A stretch of 64,000 bases of DNA from positions 64,001 to 128,000 of the forward strand of contig JBMYOQ010000003.1 of assembly GCA_049599475.1 (NCBI GenBank). Direction: 5' to 3'. Position 1 is the stretch's first letter. Each line of letters starts with the position of its first letter. Of the stretch, positions 38,073 to 48,102 are shown in pieces. The notes beneath the pieces are model-generated. The model was given only the letters and a program-made list of their open reading frames with translations, did no database searches and was not told where the DNA came from. This DNA comes from Opitutales bacterium (GTDB lineage Bacteria > Verrucomicrobiota > Verrucomicrobiia > Opitutales > JABSRG01). The position numbers were made by a program, and so were the translations under genes.

Positions 38073-39137
38073 ATGAGCGGCGAACTACCTGTCATACTCA
38101 CCTGTGCACAACCCACCAACCAGTTGACCCTGGGCAACTACCTCGGTGCTATCCGAAACTGGGCCAAAATGATCGAAGGCCATACCTGCTATTTCGGTCT
38201 AGTGGACCTGCATGCGATCACCAGCGACTACACGCCTGCGGACCTGCGTAAAAACACCTTCAGCTGCGCCGCCCAGTACTTAGCTTGCGGCCTCGATCCT
38301 GAGAAGAGCCACATTTTTGTACAATCACATGTAACAGGCCACACCGAGCTGGCCTGGGTGCTCGGTTGTATCACACCGATCGGCGACCTCCAACGGATGA
38401 CACAATTTAAGGAGAAGGCAGCCAAGCTGGGATTCAATGTTTCCGACGACGAGAACGAGCTCAAATTTGCCCATGAAGGGGCCCGGGCTCAGGCATCTGT
38501 AAACTCCGGCCTCCTCTTCTATCCCGTGCTCATGGCTGCAGACATTCTGCTCTACAATGCCGATGTGGTGCCGACCGGGGATGACCAGAAACAACACCTT
38601 GAGCTTTGCCGCGACTTAGCTCGCCGTTTCAATCACCGCTACAGTGATACATTTACCATTCCTGAGCCTGCTATCAGCAAGAGTGCCTCGCGTATCATGT
38701 CACTCCAGGAACCCACGAAAAAAATGAGTAAGTCGGATCCCGACCCACTCGCCAGCATTTTCATTATAGACGACCCCAAGCTCATCCGCAGAAAGATCAT
38801 GAGCGCGGTAACCGACTCTGGAAGCGAAGTCCGCGCCGATCCCGAGAAACCTGGTGTCACCAATCTGATGTCGATCCTGGGAAGCATAAGCGGCGAATCC
38901 AACGACGAGATCGAGCAACGCTTCGCGGGCAAAGGCTACGGAGATTTCAAAAAAGAAGTCGCCGAAGCTGTAGTCGAATTGCTGACACCCATCCAAGAGC
39001 GCTATCACGCATACTGCGCAGATAAGACCTATGTGAACGGTGTGCTTAAGGCGGGTGCCGAGGCCGCTCAAAAGCGCGCTTATAAAACTCTTGGTAAAGT
39101 GTATCGAAAAGCTGGATTTGTAGAACGGATTCGCTAA
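38073..39137 (+). CDS. trpS: Tryptophanyl-tRNA synthetase
   Basis: QPT..LTLGNYLGA (HIGH equivalent), YPVLMAADIL, GDDQKQH and KMSKS. Confidence 0.97.
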   Translation: MSGELPVILTCAQPTNQLTLGNYLGAIRNWAKMIEGHTCYFGLVDLHAITSDYTPADLRKNTFSCAAQYLACGLDPEKSHIFVQSHVTGHTELAWVLGCITPIGDLQRMTQFKEKAAKLGFNVSDDENELKFAHEGARAQASVNSGLLFYPVLMAADILLYNADVVPTGDDQKQHLELCRDLARRFNHRYSDTFTIPEPAISKSASRIMSLQEPTKKMSKSDPDPLASIFIIDDPKLIRRKIMSAVTDSGSEVRADPEKPGVTNLMSILGSISGESNDEIEQRFAGKGYGDFKKEVAEAVVELLTPIQERYHAYCADKTYVNGVLKAGAEAAQKRAYKTLGKVYRKAGFVERIR

Positions 39138-39171
39138 GGTCCTCTCCAACAGCTCTTAGCGTTCTCTCCAC

Positions 39172-40572
39172 ATGGATCATCCTGCCCCATCCAATTCTGA
39201 AGCCAGCCTCAATAAAATACCGTTCATAGCCGCGGACGTTGTGCTCAGTTCCGCCGCCGTTGCTGTGGCTTTATTAGCAGAAAAACCGCTTGGGGTATGG
39301 ACAGTCGCGGTCTGCCTCAGTGCGCTGTTTCTGGGATTCATTTTTCTAGTCGTGCCCTACATCCTTGAGTTTTCCCTCAAGCTCCAGGCTCGCAATGAAG
39401 ACTTGGAGAAAAATATTCAGAGCCAAAGCGACCTGCTCGAAGATGCCCTGGGGCGCTGGGACCGCCTTCACGGCGAGGTAAAATCTATTTTCGAATCTTC
39501 AAAAATAAATGCAGCCGGGTACGAGGGGCTCCTGCACCGATTCGACCAAAGACTGGAAGTCTTAGACGCTCGCCTGCTCGAAATAGAGCGTGTTGCCCGC
39601 GTCTTCGAATCCGGGCTCAAGGACATGGCCGAGCGTGCAGAAACTCTCCATGCCCAAGAGGCACAGGCCTGGGAATCACGACTCAGCAATCACCGCGACT
39701 CGATCCAGCAAACCATTTCTGCCCTCCGTTCCACATCCAGCGACTCTGGAAAACTGAATGAGGAACTCTCTCAAAAGCTCGAATCGATAGAAGCTCAATT
39801 CACCAAAATTGAGGACGAACTGGGAAATATCACACAGAGCCTTACCACAATCGGAGAAAGCACTCCAAGCACCCCATCCGAGGAAGAGCCTTGGACCGAC
39901 CCCAGTGGGCGCTACACCTCAATGCTCGATCGCGCTCTCAGTGGAAACGCAAATAAGCCGACTCTCCCCACGGTAAATGCCCCCAAGGTAGAGGAACCTG
40001 CGGACAACGAAGAAGTTGAAGAGCTTGATGAGGAGGAAGAACAACCCGAAGTTCAAGACTCTGAGGAAACACTAGAGGAGACCCCAGAGCCCGAAGCCAT
40101 CGACAAAGAGGCTATGCCTATTCTAGATGATGATTTCATCGATGAAGTCATCCCGGGTACTGAAGTCGAGGAGGCCAATGTAGAAGACGTTGATTGGCCC
40201 GAACCCGACGAAGCGGAAGCACCCACTACTGAGCCTGAAGACGCGCCCGACGACGAAACTGAAGAGCCCGCCGAAGAAGAAGCTGCGGACAGTGAAGTAG
40301 ATTCCGACGAGGCCGAGCCTGCATCTATTACCGCAAGTATTTTGATCGGAATTGGCGATAAGATCCATGTTCGCGGTGAAGGCCCAGGCCTCTCTCCAAA
40401 TACCGGAACAGAAATGGAGTTTGTAAATATCGGCAGCTATCGATGGAGCCACGACGGCCTCGCCGAACCAATCACGCTCGAATTTTACCTCAATGATGAG
40501 ATTCCTTCGGTAGAAGGCCCCATCACTCTGAATCCCGGTGAGCACATCGAGATCAGCCCAGACTTCCCATAG
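39172..40572 (+). CDS. Membrane protein: 2 TM, coiled coil, acidic linker, C-terminal beta domain (CBM20-like?)
   Basis: Two N-terminal hydrophobic helices, heptad region, ~130-aa E/D/P-rich tract, then IGIGDKIHVRGEGPGL...W. Confidence 0.75.
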   Translation: MDHPAPSNSEASLNKIPFIAADVVLSSAAVAVALLAEKPLGVWTVAVCLSALFLGFIFLVVPYILEFSLKLQARNEDLEKNIQSQSDLLEDALGRWDRLHGEVKSIFESSKINAAGYEGLLHRFDQRLEVLDARLLEIERVARVFESGLKDMAERAETLHAQEAQAWESRLSNHRDSIQQTISALRSTSSDSGKLNEELSQKLESIEAQFTKIEDELGNITQSLTTIGESTPSTPSEEEPWTDPSGRYTSMLDRALSGNANKPTLPTVNAPKVEEPADNEEVEELDEEEEQPEVQDSEETLEETPEPEAIDKEAMPILDDDFIDEVIPGTEVEEANVEDVDWPEPDEAEAPTTEPEDAPDDETEEPAEEEAADSEVDSDEAEPASITASILIGIGDKIHVRGEGPGLSPNTGTEMEFVNIGSYRWSHDGLAEPITLEFYLNDEIPSVEGPITLNPGEHIEISPDFP

Positions 40573-40701
40573 AACAGTATTGGGATTTGAAAATTGAGAT
40601 TTGAGATTTACCTCCAGGGATTTCCCTTTTCGGATTTATCACATTCCCCGCTTGCCCTCGGGACTTAAGGCTCTCATTTTCGCTCCCTTTTTAAGGGAAT
40701 A

Positions 40702-41913
40702 ATGGCACGAATCGTCCAGAAATACGGAGGCACCTCAGTCGGGGATGTGGATCGCATAAAGCGCGTAGCGGAACGCGTAAAGGCATGCTATGACGCGGGC
40801 AACCAAGTCGTCGTAGTGGTATCGGCGCGCTCCGGTGTAACGAATGAACTCATCGCCCGCGCTAAAGCGATAAACCCTCAACCTGACGAACGTGAGATGG
40901 ACATGCTCCTCTCCGTCGGCGAGCAGGAAACCATCGCATTGACCGCCATGGCGCTCCACACGCTGGGCATTCCAGCAGTCTCACGCACCGGCGCACAGGC
41001 AGGCATCCTTACCGATCCGTTCCATACCCGCGCACGCATCGTAGACATCTCAGGCGGCGACATCAACGATCAGCTCGATTCGGGCTCCGTTGTCATAGTC
41101 GCTGGATTCCAGGGCACCAATAAAGATGGCCATATCACGACTTTGGGACGCGGTGGCTCCGACCTCTCAGCGATCGCTATCGCAGAGGCAGTCGATGCCG
41201 ATCTCTGCCAAATTTATACCGATGTAGACGGAATCTACACAGCAGATCCACGCATCGTTCCCAACGCGAAAAAGATCAACGAAATCGCCTACGAAGAACT
41301 CCTCGAAATGGCCAGCAGCGGCACCAAGGTAATGCAGTCGCGCGCCGTAGAATTTGCCCAAAAATACAAAGTCCCCTTCGAAGTACGCTCTAGCTTTAAC
41401 AACAACCCAGGCACCCTAGTGAAAGAAGAAGTCGCATCTATGGAAGACGTCCTCGTGAGTGGCGTATCCGCGGACAAGAATCAGTCGAAAATCACGGTCA
41501 CAAACCTTCCAGACCGCCCAGGAACTGCAGCCATTCTCTTCCAGGCAATCGCGGCCGATGGTGTTATCGTCGATATGATCGTTCAAAACATCGGTCGTGG
41601 CGGTAAGGCGAACATGACTTTCACGGTCCCACGCGATGATGTTTACCGTGCTGAGAAGGCCGTAAAAGAAGCTTTCTCCGGTGCAGGCGACATCGAGTTC
41701 ATCGCTTCGGATATCGCGAAGATTTCGGTAGTCGGCATCGGCATGAAGTCACACAGTGGAGTCGCCGCGAAGTTCTTCGATTCTCTGGCAACTGCGGGAA
41801 TCAGCATCCAGCTGATCAGCACATCCGAGATCAAGATTTCCGTAGGGATCGATCTCGACAAGGCGGACGACGCCGTGCGTGCAGCCCACGACACATTCAA
41901 TCTGGGTGCGTAA
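40702..41913 (+). CDS. lysC: Aspartate kinase
   Basis: QKYGGTSVG, VVVSA, GFQG, TTLGRGGSD, DVDGIYTADPR and two ACT domains (STSEIKIS). Confidence 0.96.
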   Translation: MARIVQKYGGTSVGDVDRIKRVAERVKACYDAGNQVVVVVSARSGVTNELIARAKAINPQPDEREMDMLLSVGEQETIALTAMALHTLGIPAVSRTGAQAGILTDPFHTRARIVDISGGDINDQLDSGSVVIVAGFQGTNKDGHITTLGRGGSDLSAIAIAEAVDADLCQIYTDVDGIYTADPRIVPNAKKINEIAYEELLEMASSGTKVMQSRAVEFAQKYKVPFEVRSSFNNNPGTLVKEEVASMEDVLVSGVSADKNQSKITVTNLPDRPGTAAILFQAIAADGVIVDMIVQNIGRGGKANMTFTVPRDDVYRAEKAVKEAFSGAGDIEFIASDIAKISVVGIGMKSHSGVAAKFFDSLATAGISIQLISTSEIKISVGIDLDKADDAVRAAHDTFNLGA

Positions 41914-41947
41914 CAGCGACTAGAGATTTTCCGAACTCTCGGCCCTT

Positions 41948-43309
41948 ATGAAATTCATTTCAACACGCGGGCAGACAGAGCCCCACTCCTTCACTGAAGT
42001 CGTCGCAGCGGGCCTCGCTCCCGACGGGGGCTTATTCATCCCCGAGTCCCTGCCCAATCTCGGCGAGCGCTACCGCTCCTGGGAAAACCTGGACTACCCT
42101 AACCTTTGCGCCGCGTTCTTCAAAGTATTCGCGACCGACATCGAGTTTGGGCACATCAGTGAGATGGCCTACAAGGCCTACCAATCGTTTGATCATCCAG
42201 ACTACGCGCCTTTTACGAAGCTCGACGAGAAGACCTATGCGCTTGAGCTTTTTCATGGCCCGACTCTGGCATTCAAGGATTTCGCGATGCAGTTCCTCGG
42301 TCAGTTGATCGAGTACCAGGTAAAGATGTCCAAAAAGCCTGTCACCATCCTGGGCGCTACCTCTGGCGACACCGGGGCCGCTGCCATCCAGGGACTCATG
42401 AATAAGAAGGGAGTCCATGTATTCATCCTCTATCCAGATGGCCGAATTTCGCCCCTTCAAGAGCGGCAGATGACCTGCACTGGCGCGAGCAACGTATTCC
42501 CCATTGCGATCGAAGGTTCCTTCGACGATGCCCAGTATGCGCTCAAAGACGTCTTTGCCGACGCGGATTTCCGCAGCGAGGTTGGTTTGACGACCATCAA
42601 CTCCATCAACATTGCTCGCATCCTGGCCCAGTGCGTCTACTACCTCTACGCCTACTTCCGCCTCCCAGCAGAGGTGCGCGAGTCGGGCAATATAGAGTGG
42701 GTCGTGCCTACCGGTAATTTCGGTAATATCCTTGCCGGCTGGCTTGTCCAGCAGATGGGCGTGCCGCTCGGCTCGTTCCGTATCGCGACCAATCAGAATG
42801 ACATTCTTCATCGCTTGTTCGACAACGGTGTCTACGAAACAGAAACCGTGCAGCCTAGCTATGCACCGTCAATGGACATTCAAGTCGCGTCGAATTTTGA
42901 GCGATTCGTCTACTTCGCCGAAAAACAAAACGCCGAGCGCGTCCGCGAAGTCATGCAGACCTTCCGCGAAACCGGGAAATACGTATTTGCGGATTTCGAT
43001 CGCAGCACGTTCTCGAGCTCACGGACGCAAGACGCTGAAATCCCGAGCATCATCAAATCGGTATTCGAAAAACACGGATATACCATCGATCCTCACACCG
43101 CATGTGGCTTCAAGGATCTAAACGCGGAGAAGGTCAGCATCGTTCTCTCAACCGCTCACCCGGCAAAATTCCCGGAAGTCGTCGAGCAAGGAACAGGCTC
43201 TGAACCTCTCGCAGACAGCCTCGAAGCGCTGAAAGCTAAGGATATAATCAATCACAAGGTCGCACCCGAAGCCGAAGCGATTCGATCATTCATAAGAGAT
43301 AGCCTCTAA
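41948..43309 (+). CDS. thrC: Threonine synthase
   Basis: STRG, GLAPDGGL, ELFHGPTLAFKD (PLP Lys), ATSGDTG, NSINIAR, VPTGNFGN and TAHPAKF. Confidence 0.97.
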   Translation: MKFISTRGQTEPHSFTEVVAAGLAPDGGLFIPESLPNLGERYRSWENLDYPNLCAAFFKVFATDIEFGHISEMAYKAYQSFDHPDYAPFTKLDEKTYALELFHGPTLAFKDFAMQFLGQLIEYQVKMSKKPVTILGATSGDTGAAAIQGLMNKKGVHVFILYPDGRISPLQERQMTCTGASNVFPIAIEGSFDDAQYALKDVFADADFRSEVGLTTINSINIARILAQCVYYLYAYFRLPAEVRESGNIEWVVPTGNFGNILAGWLVQQMGVPLGSFRIATNQNDILHRLFDNGVYETETVQPSYAPSMDIQVASNFERFVYFAEKQNAERVREVMQTFRETGKYVFADFDRSTFSSSRTQDAEIPSIIKSVFEKHGYTIDPHTACGFKDLNAEKVSIVLSTAHPAKFPEVVEQGTGSEPLADSLEALKAKDIINHKVAPEAEAIRSFIRDSL

Positions 43310-43517
43310 GGCTTTCTCGGCGCCAGGTTTCAGGTCTCCGCAGGCTTCAACATTGTATTCTCCGCTCTTTCTCAAGCGGGTGAGTCTGGGGTGCTGTCTC
43401 GCCGGAAAGCGCCGAAAACCTCACTTTCTTTGATTATTTTAGCTATTTGAGATTAGACAGCGGCAGTTTGGGCGAATTGATTATCAATAACACGCCCACC
43501 CATCCGTTTTCTAATTT

Positions 43518-45716
43518 ATGCAAGCTTCGAGCGAACTCTCATACGGACTCCGGCGCACCCTGCTCATCAAGGTGCTGTCCAAGCCTCAACCAACAGCAGA
43601 GGATGTCCAAGCCGTCATCGAGCTAACCTCGTCGAAAATCGTTGAGCTCCTCCATGCTCAATCCATGACATTTTATCTGTTAGACGACGAGGAGATCACC
43701 TTTCGTCACGTTTATTATTCGCCCACTCTCTGGGAGAACGCTCCGGACAAAGAGGCTCAATTCAATGCCCAGGCTGAGAAATTATTGAAAATCCGCCTTC
43801 CGATGGGCAAAGGGATCGTCGGAAAGGTCATTTCCACAGGACAACCCCTTTTCTTCTTCCAGGGCGACGGCTCAGGGAATGAGATGATATCCCTGTCGGA
43901 TGCAGCCGGTTTCGATATCATGGCTATGGCTACCGTGCCGCTCATCGCTGCAGGACGCGTCATCGGAGCGGTACAGATGCTCAATAAAGAGCCAGATGCC
44001 GACACACAAATTTTTGAAGAGGAAGACTTGAGTGTCTTGCGCGAGGTCGCGGAATACGCCGCTCCTCTGATCCAACGCATGATGAATCCTGAGTATGCCC
44101 TTAGCGACCAGGATACTGCAAAATTCGTTGCCCGGTTCACGGATACTCCACTGTTGGCGACTCGGGATGAGGTGGACATCGATGACAAGCTAATGGAAGT
44201 CACCGGCGCCGAGGTTGTTCGCCGCACAAAGATCCTCCCCTTCAAACGTATTTCTCCCACAGCGGTTGAGGTGCTCATGCCCAACCCGCTCGATTACCAG
44301 ATGCGCGAGTCGTTCACGGCCACCACGGAGATGCACATTGAAGAGGTCTATGTGGCTCCAGCCTCCCTGATCGATCAGCTGCTCAACGAGTTTTTTCCAG
44401 AAAAGCCCGAAGAACAATCGCACACAGACAGTGCCGAGATACATAAGCTGGCCGATGCCCTCGGTGATGAGTTTTCAGTCGATGAAGATACCGAGGAAGG
44501 GGGAGGTCTCGACGACGAGGAAAGCGCGCCCATCATTCAACTGGCAAACCGCGTTATCGAAGATGCCTACGTTTCCGGAGCTTCCGATATCCATATCGAA
44601 CCTCAAGAAACCGAGCTCATTGTCCGCTACCGGGTCGACGGCGTTTGTCACGAGAAGTTAAAGCTTCCCGCTAAACTTGCCGGATCGCTCGTTGCCCGCC
44701 TGAAAGTAATGTCGGAGCTCGATATTGCTGAAAAACGCCTCCCTCAGGACGGGCGTATCGTATTTAAGAAGTTCACAAAGAAGAATATCGATATCGACCT
44801 ACGGGTTGCCACCGGGCCCATGAACTTTGGTGAAAAGGTCGTCATGCGGATCTTGGACAAATCCAAGTCTGCATTACCAATCACCGCTCTCGGTTTCTCC
44901 GAGGAAAACCTCACCCGCTACCGCGCTTGTATTCAGCAGCCGTATGGGATGATCCTACACTGCGGTCCAACCGGTTCGGGTAAGTCCATGACTCTGTTCT
45001 CGGCGCTCCGCGAAATAGCGACTCCGGATATCAATATCCAAACCGCGGAAGACCCGATTGAGTATACCATCCCCGGCATCAATCAGATGCAGATGAAAAA
45101 GGAGATCGGACTCACCTTCGCCCGCGCCTTGAGAGCCTACCTCCGGATGGACCCAGACATCATTCTCGTGGGCGAGATTCGCGACCAAGAGACCGCCGAA
45201 ATTGCCGTTGAAGCGGCTCTCACGGGTCACTTACTCCTTTCCACGCTTCACACCAACGACGCACCGAGCACCGTGGCCCGTTTCACAGACATGGACATCG
45301 AGCCGTTCATGATTTCGTCTTCGATGCTAGTAGTCTGCGCTCAGCGTTTGATTCGCCGGGTGTGCAAAGATTGCCGTCAGCTCTATACGCCTCAGGACAA
45401 CGAGGCAGAGATCCTCGAACGCGCGATCGGCTGGGTGGGTGAATGCTACAAAGCTAGCGAAAAAGGATGCCCCAAATGCGGCGGCTCCGGCATGAAGGGC
45501 CGTGTAGGTATTCACGAACTCATGCAAAACAATGAGGACCTCACCAAGGCGATCAACGAAGGCCGCGAAACCGCAGAGCTCAAGCGCATCGCCATGGCCT
45601 CCGGCATGAAAACCCTTCACCAAGACTCCATGCTCAAGGTAAAGGAACACCTCTCCACGGTCCTCGAAGGCATCTCCAACGTGCCGCCAGATATGATACG
45701 TTTGGAAGATCAGTAA
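43518..45716 (+). CDS. GAF-domain-fused PilB/GspE-family assembly ATPase
   Basis: N-terminal GAF; ASDIHIEP, LDIAEKRLPQDG, Walker A GPTGSGKS, Walker B VGEIRD, LHTND and the CKDC..CPKC Zn motif. Confidence 0.92.
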   Translation: MQASSELSYGLRRTLLIKVLSKPQPTAEDVQAVIELTSSKIVELLHAQSMTFYLLDDEEITFRHVYYSPTLWENAPDKEAQFNAQAEKLLKIRLPMGKGIVGKVISTGQPLFFFQGDGSGNEMISLSDAAGFDIMAMATVPLIAAGRVIGAVQMLNKEPDADTQIFEEEDLSVLREVAEYAAPLIQRMMNPEYALSDQDTAKFVARFTDTPLLATRDEVDIDDKLMEVTGAEVVRRTKILPFKRISPTAVEVLMPNPLDYQMRESFTATTEMHIEEVYVAPASLIDQLLNEFFPEKPEEQSHTDSAEIHKLADALGDEFSVDEDTEEGGGLDDEESAPIIQLANRVIEDAYVSGASDIHIEPQETELIVRYRVDGVCHEKLKLPAKLAGSLVARLKVMSELDIAEKRLPQDGRIVFKKFTKKNIDIDLRVATGPMNFGEKVVMRILDKSKSALPITALGFSEENLTRYRACIQQPYGMILHCGPTGSGKSMTLFSALREIATPDINIQTAEDPIEYTIPGINQMQMKKEIGLTFARALRAYLRMDPDIILVGEIRDQETAEIAVEAALTGHLLLSTLHTNDAPSTVARFTDMDIEPFMISSSMLVVCAQRLIRRVCKDCRQLYTPQDNEAEILERAIGWVGECYKASEKGCPKCGGSGMKGRVGIHELMQNNEDLTKAINEGRETAELKRIAMASGMKTLHQDSMLKVKEHLSTVLEGISNVPPDMIRLEDQ

Positions 45717-45760
45717 GACTAATGCATGAGGCTCCGCTGTGATTTCGATTTCATTTATCT

Positions 45761-47869
45761 TTGAGCTTGTCGAATACCTCTCAAGTTTTGCGCAAAGCAA
45801 CCACAGTCAAAAATTGGAAGTCAGCATGCAATCAAGCGTCTTATGAATCCACCTTGGAGAAATTCGCGGGTAGTGCAGCTGGCCACGCCGCCCAATGTGA
45901 AGAGCTTTTCTTAAGCCTCGGCAGCCGAATGATCGAAATCAGTTCGGAGACCCCAAAGATCATTGAAAACGCACAGGCTACGGTTGAACTCATTTCAGAA
46001 GACCTGAAAAATCAGAGCCTCGAAACCCTCATCGATTCTCTTTTCCATTCAATGGAGTCCTCCGTCGCTCTGCTAGAAACCGAAGAGCAAAGCAGTGAAA
46101 TTTTCCTTTCTGTATGTAAGAGCCTCACAGAAATTCAAAACGACTTCAAAGGTCACCTGCTCACCTTAAAAACCCTCTCCGTGGGTTTCGGTATCCAAGG
46201 AGCCTCCATCCCCGGCGCAGAGCAACGGTTCAAGCCCTTCGTTCTAGAGATGCAGGATTTCATATCCAAAATCGAAAAAACATTCGCCCAGCTCCAAACC
46301 CACAATCAAGAGGGCACTCAGAAAGCCATCGATCGCTCGCATGCCGTGACCACAACGGTAGCACGACTTCAAAAGCTAAAAGAACAATCCAAAGCGGAGA
46401 TCAAAGAGGCACTCAACTAATGGGAAGAGGTCAACAAGGAGCTTACCCTCTCGATGCAGGCCATCGAGAAAATTACAAACCGCGTCGCTCTGGCTTCGAA
46501 TACTATCGTCGGGCTTATGCAAACCGGCGACCGCATACGGCAAGCAGTTGAGCATATTCAAAGTGGCCTAGAATCGATCGACCCGAGATCTCTAGATCCA
46601 AAGCTTAGAAAGCTAATTGCGCCCAAAAAGCGACAGAAGACAGGTCAGTCCCTAGCTATTTTAAAACTTCAGGCGGCTCAGTTAGAATACATTTCAGACG
46701 ACCTTCTTTCTGCCAGAGATGGAATCGTCTCTCAATTCAGCGAACTCCATCTCTGCATGCAGGAACTTTCTGAACGAATCAGCCTTTCAGAGTCTACAGA
46801 AGACAATTCCCTGAGTCCCGAGAAGCTAGTCAACCAACTCACCGAAGTAGACCATCTAATCGAGGAAATTAGTGAGGAGCTCACCCACTCCAATGATATC
46901 CGCGAGGATAGCGTCCGAAACATTGGAGCTATTCTCACCCAAGTGGACGCTATCGAGGAGACTGGATTCGACATGCAAGTAAACGCGCTCAACGCGGTCA
47001 TCAACGCCTCGCAGATTGGGGAATCAGGGGCCTCACTTGCAGTACTTGCAGAGGAGACCATGCGTTTGAGTCAAGTAATGGATACAAGCATCGGTAAAGT
47101 CTTAGACGAGGCCAAATCCCTCCAATCCGATGTCTCTACCACAGAAGAATCCACCGATTTCGGAGAATCCCGAGCAGCATTCTCTAAGGTTCGAAACAAC
47201 CTCTCCTCTTCAAGCGCCCAATGCGCAGAGAAAAGGGCCTCGATCGAATCCGGTATGATGAAATTGAATAAAGTAATTACCAACGCGCGCCCTCAGCTCG
47301 AGTCACTCGAACACTTGGTGCAAGAAATGGATGCTATCAAGTCAAAGATCACAGACTACCTAAAGCCTTGGGAAAGTTTCTTCGGCACCGAGTGGATTGC
47401 CTCATACCTCAGCATGGATACCAGTCAATACACTATGGAGCATGAGCGCGTGGTTCACCAACAAGTTGCAAATCTAGCCAATCAAGTCCACGAAAACACG
47501 AAGACGGCTCCACCTCCTCAAGACGAGGGAGAGATTGAAATGTTTTCCGAAAGTGATGAAGTAGACATCGGTTTTCCCAAGGGCGACGACACTCCAGCGA
47601 AGAATACGTCACCAGCTTCACAAAACGCATCCCACGAAGACATTGAACTCTTTGATAGCGGAGATGATATAGAGCTCTTCGATAACGATGACGGCATCGA
47701 ACTTTTCGAAGGAGAATCAAACAAATCCGAAGCACCAACTTCTGAAAGTGCAAAAAAAACCTCATTTGAAGACGACGGAATCGAGCTCTTCGATGATGAC
47801 GATGGGATAGAACTCTTTGATGACGAGCAGGCAAATTCCGCCGAAGAGTCTACACGACCTCATGATTAG
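45761..47869 (+). pseudogene. Soluble MCP-like chemotaxis protein interrupted by one in-frame TAA (46418-46420)
   Basis: ORFs 45761-46420 and 46454-47869 are in the same frame and read KEALN*WEEVNKELTLSMQ. MCP-like ALNAVINASQIGESGASLAVLAEE, QTGDRIRQAVEHI and YTMEHERVVH motifs; C-terminal IELF repeats. Confidence 0.75.
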
Positions 47870-48102
47870 TGATTCTAATACAGTCTAATCTGTCGAAACT
47901 TCGATAATCAGGAATAATATTCACCAATTTAATTTGAAGTTCCTTTCAGATTCATAACGCTCCTAACGATATGTTCCTCTATGTGTAATCTAGCGGAACA
48001 TTTTCCGAGTAAGCCTGCTGATGAAGTTCTGAAGCGACTCATGGCACTAGGTTACATGCATTCACCCGTTTAACACGATGAATCAATGTTACCCATCGCA
48101 CC

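Noticed and set aside
40573..40701. Lysine riboswitch upstream of lysC
   Set aside because: The gap is too short and lacks the conserved aptamer elements; only short TTGAGAT-like repeats and a possible promoter are visible.
42032..42811. 259-aa minus-strand ORF; likewise 51544-52173 (-), 22726-23301 (+), 19383-19910 (+) and 43757-44284 (-)
   Set aside because: Antisense shadows of well-supported genes (thrC, MCP, P450, RsbU-like, PilB) with no recognisable motifs.
47525..47825. Spaced near-repeats that could suggest a CRISPR array
   Set aside because: Repeats are ~20 nt, degenerate at third codon positions, irregularly spaced and in-frame in a protein tail; no cas genes are present.
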